Sequence record: SRR31156797_535
Length of the DNA: 22,833 nt
Reading direction: 5' to 3' (one strand)
The notes beneath the pieces are model-generated. The model worked only from the letters and a program-made list of their open reading frames with translations, was not told the DNA's origin and did no database searches. How positions within the stretch are numbered: the stretch's first letter is position 1; each line of letters begins with the position of its first letter. The position numbers and the translations under genes are program-made. Of this stretch, positions 1 to 7,531 are shown piece by piece.

Positions 1-529
1 TAACAGCCTCAATATCTATCCCATCCAGAGCAAAATGCAGAACCGGACTTCGCCCATCAACTTTAAATCCTTTTATAATCAAGTCTTTAAGACCAAGCTT
101 ACACCCTCTTTTAAAGGCGAGCATATCATCAGGTTCACCCTCATTTGCCCTGCTTTTTAGCCTGTGCCCATTTCTTATATCTTCTAACGCTTTATCGATT
201 CTGTAAGCTTCATCATTAAGAAAACTCTCTGCATGAAACCTGAGATGCTGCTCAAAGGCATTCCTTATACTAATGTCAGCTTTTACTATTATCTTCTCTA
301 TTTCATCGAACTCCTGCTCTTTGTACTCGATAAAGTCTCTGTCATCAACCTGATAGTATTTTCTTAAGAGAGCGAGCAGGAAATCATTATAGGTGTTCAT
401 CGTCACGGTCAGCATCTCTTCTATACGCAGGAGCGAAAGATATTTCTGTCTCTTTGGCTTTTCAAGACCGTAGACAAGATCACCTCTCCCCGCATCAATT
501 AGTGCTGTAAAGTCTTTGCCGTAGCACAT
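1..529 (-). CDS. Hypothetical protein, partial (continues beyond the left edge); possible toxin/effector-like domain
   Basis: Not in the ORF track. Manual translation from ATG at 529 is stop-free to base 1: MCYGKDFTALIDAGRGDLVYGLEKPKRQKYLSLLRIEE...DMLAFKRGCKLGLKDLIIKGFKVDGRSPVLHFALDGIDIEAV (about 176 aa). An SD-like GGGTGA overlaps the stop of the upstream 347-aa gene, 4 nt away. Confidence 0.8.
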   Translation of the reverse strand, partial: MCYGKDFTALIDAGRGDLVYGLEKPKRQKYLSLLRIEEMLTVTMNTYNDFLLALLRKYYQVDDRDFIEYKEQEFDEIEKIIVKADISIRNAFEQHLRFHAESFLNDEAYRIDKALEDIRNGHRLKSRANEGEPDDMLAFKRGCKLGLKDLIIKGFKVDGRSPVLHFALDGIDIEAV

Positions 530-533
530 TTCA

Positions 534-1577
534 TCACCCGTGTTTACATAGTATCTTATTAACATCTATTCCGTGGATACCAACCATAAATGAGCCGGGA
601 CCGTGGAAATGTATAAAGTCAGCCTCTATCTTTCTGAAATGAACATCCAGTGAGGATAATAAGCCAAGAGACACTTCGAACCTTTTAACCAAACTGCCAA
701 GACCTAGAATTTCGCAGGCAAAATCCAGTTTTAGAGCGTGCAAAGCCGGTTTGAGTGTTTTCATAGCGAGCTTCATCAGCTTATCAAAACCGGGGATGTG
801 AGATGTTGCGCTCAGCAGTTTTCGTATTTTAATCTTTATAGTATCAATAATCAGATGAATCTTAATGCTCTTATTCAACAGCTTATCGAGAAACTTAAGC
901 GGCGAGAGAATAAGCTCCAGCTCGTCATTAAGCTTAATTACATCCATCGAAACTTTTTTGATAAAGTGAAGCTCTTTTGTGAGAGCGCCTATTGATGTCA
1001 AAACTTCGTGCATTATCTTAATCATCGTGTGCAAAACCTTCATAGGTATTTCGATAACTGAGTTTATCAGCCCGCAGAATATATTAAGCGCAACTTCGTC
1101 AACTGTGCGATATATACTTTTATCAGCTGTGTTCAAGGATTTGTGCATACTTTTAAGCTTACACTCCTCCCCCTCTGTAAATGATTTCGCTTCATCAACC
1201 CAGCCCTGCGCTTTTTTAAGAAAACTTTTGACTGCTTTTAGCCGACCCCTGAAAGGCTTGATGCTCCTGTTTATCTCTGACACCTGAACATGCACCTGAT
1301 GAACAGGTATCCTGACATCATCAACTACACCCTTCGCCTCTGCCGCCTCCGCTGAAACTGGCGGGACGAGAATTGCACCTGTTAAAAGCTCTGAAATAAG
1401 CGTTAGCGTGTTGTCGTAAGTCCGAAGGTCTTTATCAAGGCGATCAGGAATCTCTAACAGCTCAATAACGTCACCAAGAAGGTGTTCGGTCTTTTTAATG
1501 TCAGCCTCCAGCTCACCAAAATCTCTGACAAGGACACCGTAATTATTTTCAAGGAGAGTTATCTGCCCCTCTGACAT
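534..1577 (-). CDS. Hypothetical alpha-helical/coiled-coil protein (347 aa)
   Basis: Long ORF whose ATG directly abuts the Sel1 gene stop (TAAATG). Leu/Ile/Lys-rich amphipathic helical pattern; no family recognised. Confidence 0.8.
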   Translation of the reverse strand: MSEGQITLLENNYGVLVRDFGELEADIKKTEHLLGDVIELLEIPDRLDKDLRTYDNTLTLISELLTGAILVPPVSAEAAEAKGVVDDVRIPVHQVHVQVSEINRSIKPFRGRLKAVKSFLKKAQGWVDEAKSFTEGEECKLKSMHKSLNTADKSIYRTVDEVALNIFCGLINSVIEIPMKVLHTMIKIMHEVLTSIGALTKELHFIKKVSMDVIKLNDELELILSPLKFLDKLLNKSIKIHLIIDTIKIKIRKLLSATSHIPGFDKLMKLAMKTLKPALHALKLDFACEILGLGSLVKRFEVSLGLLSSLDVHFRKIEADFIHFHGPGSFMVGIHGIDVNKILCKHG

Positions 1578-2264
1578 TTAGATAAGCTCCTTTGCGATCG
1601 TCTGAGCTTTTTTGAGGTCTCTGGCACTAAGTTTATAAGTGGTTTTGATACTGGCGATAACCTTCCTAGCCCTCTTATCACCGTTATTCCCAGCGCAAAT
1701 AGCCCATGCGAAACCGAGAACAGGGTCAGCCTTAGAAAGCCCCTGACCTGTACAGCATATCAGAGCGTAGTCAAGCTGGGCGTTAACAACTCCATCCATA
1801 GCTGAATCACTCATATATTCTGCCGCTTTATGAAAATCCCTGCTGATATTGACACCGCTGTAATACTCTTTTGCTGTCAGATATTTTGCTATGCGGTGTC
1901 CGCCGTCTGCCGCTTTTTCAAGCCACCTGACAGCCTCAGCTCTGTCTTTATCTGTCCCAACACCGTTAAAGTAACAAACCCCGACGTTATACATCGCCTG
2001 ATAGTGCCCTCTGTTTGCAGATTTAAACCACCAGAGGAACGACTCTTCATCATCTTTTGGGGCAGCAGAACCTTCGCTGTAAAATACTCCGAGAGTAAAC
2101 TGGCTTTCACAGTCGCCCATTTTCGCCGCTTTTAAGTAATGCTCAAAAGCAGAACCAGCATCACCTGAAAGTTCGCACTCTCTGGCGGTGTTAATAACGG
2201 TCTCTAGCTCTTCATCTGTAATACTCTTATTCAAATCAGAAACCTGTGCACCTGATAAAACCAC
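1578..2264 (-). CDS. Sel1-like repeat (SLR/TPR) protein
   Basis: Repeated Sel1 motifs: YLKAAKMGDCESQFTLGVFYSEG, WFKSANRGHYQAMYNVGVCYFNGVGTDKD, WLEKAADGGH. The start is either GTG 2264 (SD AGGGG) or TTG 2234. No clear signal peptide. Confidence 0.9.
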   Translation of the reverse strand: MVLSGAQVSDLNKSITDEELETVINTARECELSGDAGSAFEHYLKAAKMGDCESQFTLGVFYSEGSAAPKDDEESFLWWFKSANRGHYQAMYNVGVCYFNGVGTDKDRAEAVRWLEKAADGGHRIAKYLTAKEYYSGVNISRDFHKAAEYMSDSAMDGVVNAQLDYALICCTGQGLSKADPVLGFAWAICAGNNGDKRARKVIASIKTTYKLSARDLKKAQTIAKELI

Positions 2265-2320
2265 AACAACGCCCCTGCATATGCCAGCACAACTGCCAGC
2301 CCGGTAAGGCTAAGACTCAT
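2231..2320 (-). CDS. Putative small single-pass membrane protein (29 aa from ATG 2320; frame open back to 2425, 64 aa)
   Basis: Manual translation: (ISIKLILNDEDAAKLLSLDDIQVVDLDKKYEAKVV)MSLSLTGLAVVLAYAGALLWFYQVHRFLI*. It fills the gap between DUF2589 and Sel1, has TAAGGT before the ATG, and its TGA overlaps an in-frame TTG of the Sel1 gene (TTGA). Confidence 0.45.
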   Translation of the reverse strand: MSLSLTGLAVVLAYAGALLWFYQVHRFLI

Positions 2321-2421
2321 AACGACCTTAGCCTCATATTTTTTATCCAGATCAACTACTTGAATATCGTCTAAGCTTAATAACTTAGCCGCATCTTCAT
2401 CGTTTAAAATCAGCTTAATGC

Positions 2422-2991
2422 TTATTTACCTTTCGGTTTGATATCGATCGGCTCAACAGCACTCGCCAGAAGATCCATCATCTTCGCCATACCTTCCTGC
2501 GGCTGCTGCTGTCTCGCCACAACGCTTACATTGTATTTCGCTGTATTGTCTGTTGATCTTGTATTCTCTCTATGGCTTGCGACACTTCCTGATACTGACG
2601 CCTTAAAGGGACCCCATCCGCCGGATGCACTCGCCTTTGCGTCTTTATCCTCAGTCTCTTTCGACTGTGCTGACTGCTTTATCTCCATTGTAAAATCGAC
2701 ATTCACAGTCTCTATGAGAAGCGCTGGAATTGGAACCAAACCCAAAACAGGCGCCTGTATGTGAACTACTTCCGAGCCAATTGTCCCAGTGCCATCGTCA
2801 ACAGGTCTCTCGAGATCGAATGAAAGATTATTTGTAGTCCTCTTATCTCCTTCACCCAGAAAACCTATAGCTTCGATAAATTTCACCATTGTAAGAGCCA
2901 GCGCATACTGTGCCTTCGCAGCGGCATTAAGCGGCGCCCCGATAAGCTCCTCCATAGGTAATCCTCTGAACTGTTCTGCAACTCCTGCCAT
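2422..2991 (-). CDS. DUF2589-family protein (long-hairpin type)
   Basis: The N-terminus F.GLPMEELIGAPLNAAAKAQ..LA....FI..IGF, the internal PVLGLVPIPAL.I..V.VDFTMEI and the C-terminal TRSTDNTAKY.V.V.ARQQ..PEGM.K..D.L match my recollection of DUF2589. SD AGAGGA. Confidence 0.8.
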   Translation of the reverse strand: MAGVAEQFRGLPMEELIGAPLNAAAKAQYALALTMVKFIEAIGFLGEGDKRTTNNLSFDLERPVDDGTGTIGSEVVHIQAPVLGLVPIPALLIETVNVDFTMEIKQSAQSKETEDKDAKASASGGWGPFKASVSGSVASHRENTRSTDNTAKYNVSVVARQQQPQEGMAKMMDLLASAVEPIDIKPKGK

Positions 2992-3003
2992 AACTTCCTC
3001 CTA

Positions 3004-3447
3004 TTATGGGATATGTTTTAATATATGATCATTAACCTTAGCCAGCCCCTCAGGCGGCTCTGTCCCTTTCATTACTACTTTAACCTTTACCTTGCTCCCT
3101 TCTGCTTTCTTTTTAGCGGCTCCGCCGATACTCATCTGGAGCTGTTTATTCCTATCTTCACCTTCAAGGGATTCAAGTACCGCATCAAACTCTATCTCGA
3201 CCTGATCGAGCACCATTGATGTTTGAGGTACAAGGCTTATGAGAGGAACATCTATATCCACCTCCGGCTGACCTTCACTTTCATATGACGGGATTTTCAT
3301 TGTGACAGTTTTGGCAATACGCTTGCCGTCGACATCGTTAAAGAATCTTCTTATCAGAGAGAGGTGCTGTTCCTCTGCGAGCGAAGAGGCATGCATAACA
3401 GCATTAGTTAAGCCCTCTATTAAATCATCAAATTTGTGCGTAGACAT
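3004..3447 (-). CDS. DUF2589-family protein (short paralogue)
   Basis: Shares VPLISLVP...LD.VEIEF and the terminal PPEGLAKV.D motif with the neighbouring gene. SD GAGGG; first gene of the operon. Confidence 0.7.
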   Translation of the reverse strand: MSTHKFDDLIEGLTNAVMHASSLAEEQHLSLIRRFFNDVDGKRIAKTVTMKIPSYESEGQPEVDIDVPLISLVPQTSMVLDQVEIEFDAVLESLEGEDRNKQLQMSIGGAAKKKAEGSKVKVKVVMKGTEPPEGLAKVNDHILKHIP

Positions 3448-3470
3448 GTTAAGCCCTCAATAATAATCTG

Positions 3471-3500
3471 AGGATAACAATAAAAAGTAACATAACGCAA
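3471..3500 (-). promoter_or_regulatory. Candidate sigma70 promoter for the DUF2589 operon
   Basis: The minus strand reads TTGCGT-18 nt-TATCCT with a TG extended -10. It lies downstream of the ackA terminator, so a separate promoter is expected here. Confidence 0.35.
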
Positions 3501-3564
3501 ACAAACATTGCGACATAACATCAATGCTTAGGTTATAATATTTTTTTATATACTTTTAGGATAG

Positions 3565-3599
3565 AAAAAAGCCGCACATCTGAAACAGACATACGGCTT
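3565..3599 (-). terminator. Rho-independent terminator of pta-ackA
   Basis: Minus strand AAGCCGTATGTCTG-TTT-CAGATGTGCGGCTT-TTTT: a 14-bp stem including G-U pairs, running into a U tract, just after the ackA stop. Confidence 0.85.
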
Positions 3600-3625
3600 A
3601 TATAAAATGAAACTCTTAAGAGTTA

Positions 3626-4876
3626 TTATTTAAGGAATGAGTATGGGTACTCAGTATGCGGCTTGTAGCTGTCGTTAAGGATCGCAACAACGTCCTCAAC
3701 AAAAACAAGCTCTTCGTTTGTAGGGATTACATACACTTTAACCTTAGAGTCAGGTGTAGAAATCTCTGTCTCGCCGTGCTTAGAGAATGTAGAAAGGTTT
3801 TTATCCTTGTCCACAACTATTCCCATCTGCTCAAGACCTTCGAGAGCCATCTGGCGTATAGCACCAGCATTCTCACCGACACCAGCAGTAAAGACTATAG
3901 CGTCAAGCCTGCCGAGTACAGCGTAGTAAGAGCCGATGTATTTACGAAGTCTGTAGGACTCAACATCTATAGCGAGTGTACATCTGTGTTTATAATCGCC
4001 GTCCTCACACATGAGAACGTCACGTCTGTCAGTATATTTACCTGTGAGACCGAGGATACCTGATTTCTTGTTAAGGATGTTATCCATAGTCTTAGCGTCG
4101 ATATCAAGCTGCTGCTGCATGAAAAGCGGAACAGCCGGATCGATATCACCGCATCTTGTTCCCATCACAGCACCTTCAAGCGGAGTAAGCCCCATAGATG
4201 TATCCACGGAGACACCATTCTTAATAGCTGTATGAGAAACACCATTACCTATATGCATTGTGATGATGTTACAGTCTTTTGCATCTTTACCGAGGAGAGC
4301 CGCAGCACGCTTTGAAACGTAAAGGTGGCTTGTTCCGTGGAAACCGTAACGTCTTACGCCGTGCTCTTCGTACCACTCGTAAGGTACTGGATACATATAA
4401 GCTTCCTCAGGCATTGTCTGATGGAAAGCTGTGTCGAAGATAGCAACGTGAGGGATGCTAGGCATAACCTTCTGAGCCGCTCTGATACCTGCGAGGTTTG
4501 GCGGGTTATGAAGCGGAGCGAGATGCTGAACATCTTCGATAGTTTTGATTACGTCTTCAGTGAGGAGTACGGAGCTTGCGAACTTGTCACCACCGTGTAC
4601 AACTCTGTGCCCTACAGCAGAGATTTTGTCCATGCTGTCGAGAACTTTGCAGTCGCCTGTTGTAAGAGTTCTAACGATAAGTGATACCGCAGTTGAGTGG
4701 TCGTGGCACTCGTACTCTTCTCTATGTGTGTCCATGCCGTCAGCTTCGTGGACGATAAATGAATCACCAATACCGATTCTCTCCACTACACCTTTAGCAA
4801 TAACTTTCTTGTTGTCCCAGTCGTAAAGCTGGTATTTAACTGAGGAGCTACCGCAGTTAAGAGCTAATATATCCAT
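3626..4876 (-). CDS. ackA: Acetate kinase
   Basis: Motifs LNCGSSSVK, GHRVVHGG, APLHNP, FDTAFH, RRYGFHGTSH, MGLTPLEG, FTAGVGEN, PTNEE. The start is corrected to ATG 4876 (MDILAL), which has a GGAGG SD. Confidence 0.97.
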   Translation of the reverse strand: MDILALNCGSSSVKYQLYDWDNKKVIAKGVVERIGIGDSFIVHEADGMDTHREEYECHDHSTAVSLIVRTLTTGDCKVLDSMDKISAVGHRVVHGGDKFASSVLLTEDVIKTIEDVQHLAPLHNPPNLAGIRAAQKVMPSIPHVAIFDTAFHQTMPEEAYMYPVPYEWYEEHGVRRYGFHGTSHLYVSKRAAALLGKDAKDCNIITMHIGNGVSHTAIKNGVSVDTSMGLTPLEGAVMGTRCGDIDPAVPLFMQQQLDIDAKTMDNILNKKSGILGLTGKYTDRRDVLMCEDGDYKHRCTLAIDVESYRLRKYIGSYYAVLGRLDAIVFTAGVGENAGAIRQMALEGLEQMGIVVDKDKNLSTFSKHGETEISTPDSKVKVYVIPTNEELVFVEDVVAILNDSYKPHTEYPYSFLK

Positions 4877-4889
4877 ATAAATCCTCCCC

Positions 4890-5879
4890 TTAGTCAGCCT
4901 GAACAGCAGTGATTGCCGCCACGTTGACGATGTCCATATACTTACAACCTCTTGAAAGGTCGTTAACAGGTTTAGCAAGACCCTGAATAACAGGACCTAT
5001 AGCCTCAGCACCAGCGATACGCTCTACAAGTTTGTAGCCGATGTTACCAGCGTCGAGAGTTGGGAATACCATTACGTTTGCTTTACCGGCAACGTCGCTT
5101 CCAGGAGCCTTCTTAGCACCAACAGCCTCAAGGAGTGCCGCATCAGCCTGAAGCTCACCATCGATAGCGAGGTTAGGATCGAGCTCTTTCGCAACCTTTA
5201 CAGCTTCGCGAACCTTAGTTACGTCATCGTGCTCAGCGGAACCCTTAGTAGAGAAGGAGAGCATAGCAACCTTCGGCTCAACCTCAAGGAAAGATTTACA
5301 GCTTGCAGCAGTTGCCACAGCGATCTCACCGAGAGTTTTAGCATCAGGGTTAGGGTTTACAGCGCAGTCAGCGAAAACTACAGCGCCATCAACACCAAAC
5401 TCAGGCTTGTCTGTTACCATTATGAAACAACTAGAAACTGTTCTCATACCTTTTTTAGTGCCTATAATGCGGATAGCCGCCCTGAGAACATCACCAGTTG
5501 TGTGGCAAGCACCAGTTACAGCACCGTCTGCGATACCTTTCTGAACAAGCATGGAGCCAAAGTAGAGAACATCTTTCATGCTCTCAGAAGCTTCTTCCAT
5601 TGTCATGCCCTTAGCTTTTCTCGCTTCGAAATATGTATTAGTAAAATCTTCGAGGTATTCACTGTTAGCAGGCTCGATGATCTTACATCTAACCTCATAA
5701 CCTTTAGATTCGAATGCTTTTTTGATCTCTGCCTCATTTCCAAGCAGAATAACGTTGCAAAGCCCGTTGTCAGCTATTGTGTTAGCCGCATCAATAGTTC
5801 TCTCGTCTTCGCCTTCAGGGAGAACAATAGTTTTATTTCTGGTCTTAGCTATGTCCCAGAATTTATCCATGAGTGACAT
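4890..5879 (-). CDS. pta: Phosphate acetyltransferase (short class I type)
   Basis: Motifs [66 protein letters not shown]; adjacent to ackA. Confidence 0.97.
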   Translation of the reverse strand: MSLMDKFWDIAKTRNKTIVLPEGEDERTIDAANTIADNGLCNVILLGNEAEIKKAFESKGYEVRCKIIEPANSEYLEDFTNTYFEARKAKGMTMEEASESMKDVLYFGSMLVQKGIADGAVTGACHTTGDVLRAAIRIIGTKKGMRTVSSCFIMVTDKPEFGVDGAVVFADCAVNPNPDAKTLGEIAVATAASCKSFLEVEPKVAMLSFSTKGSAEHDDVTKVREAVKVAKELDPNLAIDGELQADAALLEAVGAKKAPGSDVAGKANVMVFPTLDAGNIGYKLVERIAGAEAIGPVIQGLAKPVNDLSRGCKYMDIVNVAAITAVQAD

Positions 5880-6116
5880 AATGCACCTCCAAATATTTAT
5901 CTCAGTCCATAAGTTTTACATGCTATCATAAAAAAACTCAATGAGAAAATAAAATTCGACCTTTTAAGTATGCTTTACCTTAAGCCCCTATTATAAATGG
6001 TTAAGAGGCATACCGTCTCAAGATATGAAAAGTGAAGTTCTTTTCCTTTATTGTTTTTATAACAACTTTCTACTTGTGTTTTACTTTTTTATAAATATTT
6101 CTAACCATAATGTTGA

Positions 6117-6145
6117 TTGAAAATAATCTATTTTAGATATAAAAT
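6117..6145 (+). promoter_or_regulatory. Candidate sigma70 promoter
   Basis: TTGAAA-17 nt-TAAAAT, with the palindrome ATCTA-TTT-TAGAT (6126-6138) in the spacer. The ATG follows at 6155. Confidence 0.5.
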
Positions 6146-6154
6146 GTCTTTTAT

Positions 6155-7531
6155 ATGAGTAGCCTAAAGTATAACTGTGAAACTAAAATACAGTCTGACG
6201 TACATACTGCTTTCGAGTGGCACGAGCGCGAAGGAGCCCTGCAAAGGCTTACACCGCCTTGGGAAAAGATCGAGCTGGTGGAGAAGAATGACGGTATCGA
6301 TGTAGGTGCGACATGCACTATTAACGTCGGTACAGGCTTCTTCAGCATACCCTGGCAGGCTGAGCATATCGAGTATTACAAAGACAAGCATTTTAAAGAC
6401 AGACAAAACTCCGGTCCCTTCTCTCTGTGGGAGCATTCTCATGACTTCGAAGAGGAGAACGGTGTTACAACTATAAAGGACTCAGTTGAGTATAAGCTAC
6501 CCCTTCATTCCATTTCAAAACACATTGCAGGTTTTGTTATAAAAAATAAACTCGACAAGATGTTTTCATACAGAAAGTCCGTCTCTAAACACGATATTGA
6601 GACCATAAAAAAGTACAACATACAGCCAAAAACTATTGTCGTTTCCGGTGCTACCGGTGTTGTCGGCTCATCTCTCATCCCATATCTTCAAACTCAGGGA
6701 CATAAGATCATCCGACTTGTACGAAATGAAAGACAGCTCTGCATTGGTGATGTCTGCTGGAATCCTAATGCTGAAATCATCGAAGACCAGTTTGAGGATG
6801 CCGATGTCGTAGTTCACCTAGCGGGCGAACCTATCGGAAACGAGAACTGGACAAACGAAAAGAAACTATCAATCGTAGACAGTAGAGTGCGTAGCACAAG
6901 CCTGCTTGCGAAAACTATAGCTAACATGAAAAATCCGCCAAAACTCCTCATATGCGCATCCGCCATAGGCTATTACGGTGACAGAGGCGATGAGGTTCTC
7001 ACCGAAGAGGACGAGACAGGGAAAGACTTTATCTCTCACGTCTGTTATCAGTGGGAAAAAGCGGCAAAAGCTGCTGAGGATAGGGGTATCAGAGTTGTCT
7101 ATCTGAGGATAGGCGTGGCACTCTCACCTGCGGGCGGAGCACTTGCAAAGACATATAAACCTACATCCTACGGGCTTGGAACCGTGATAGGCAGCGGAGA
7201 TCAACACCTTAGCTGGGTCGGGATGGACGATGTCCTCTATGCTATGACTCATATAATGGAGACAGAAAGCATATCCGGTGCTGTAAACTTGACCGCACCA
7301 AACCCTGTGCGGTGGAAAGAGTATTCTGATACACTTGCGTCTGTAATGAACAGACCAAGATTTTTGAAAGTACCAACATGGCTTATCAAGATGGTTTACG
7401 GTCAGATGGGGAAGGAAGTTCTCCTTTCAAGTGCCAACGTACAGCCGAAGAAGCTACTCGACAGCGGGTTTGAGTTTAAGTACCCAACCCTCGATTCTGC
7501 TCTCAAACATTTACTCGGGAGGAGCAAATGA
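6155..7531 (+). CDS. TIGR01777 (YfcH-like) NAD-dependent epimerase-family protein with an N-terminal SRPBCC/START-like domain
   Basis: N-terminal AFEWHEREGALQRLTPPW...GPFSLWEHSHDF...DSVEYKLP (SRPBCC-like); Rossmann VSGATGVVG; HLAGEPI, SRV.ST, ASAIGYYG, LRIGVALS..GGAL; C-terminal P.KLLDSGFEFKYP. Confidence 0.88.
   Translation: MSSLKYNCETKIQSDVHTAFEWHEREGALQRLTPPWEKIELVEKNDGIDVGATCTINVGTGFFSIPWQAEHIEYYKDKHFKDRQNSGPFSLWEHSHDFEEENGVTTIKDSVEYKLPLHSISKHIAGFVIKNKLDKMFSYRKSVSKHDIETIKKYNIQPKTIVVSGATGVVGSSLIPYLQTQGHKIIRLVRNERQLCIGDVCWNPNAEIIEDQFEDADVVVHLAGEPIGNENWTNEKKLSIVDSRVRSTSLLAKTIANMKNPPKLLICASAIGYYGDRGDEVLTEEDETGKDFISHVCYQWEKAAKAAEDRGIRVVYLRIGVALSPAGGALAKTYKPTSYGLGTVIGSGDQHLSWVGMDDVLYAMTHIMETESISGAVNLTAPNPVRWKEYSDTLASVMNRPRFLKVPTWLIKMVYGQMGKEVLLSSANVQPKKLLDSGFEFKYPTLDSALKHLLGRSK

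Noticed and set aside
1-3447. Prophage, T6SS or eCIS assignment for the left operon
   Set aside because: No integrase, sheath, tube, baseplate, VgrG/PAAR or attachment-site features are recognisable in the window.
4877-4978. 34-aa N-terminal extension of AckA in the ORF track
   Set aside because: It overlaps pta. The family N-terminus and a strong GGAGG SD point to ATG 4876.
3656-5931. Plus-strand ORFs opposite ackA/pta (up to 215 aa)
   Set aside because: Shadow ORFs of conserved genes, with no SD or recognisable motifs.
6113-6126. FNR-like site TTGAT-N4-AATAA
   Set aside because: The second half-site is a poor match and the region is very AT-rich.
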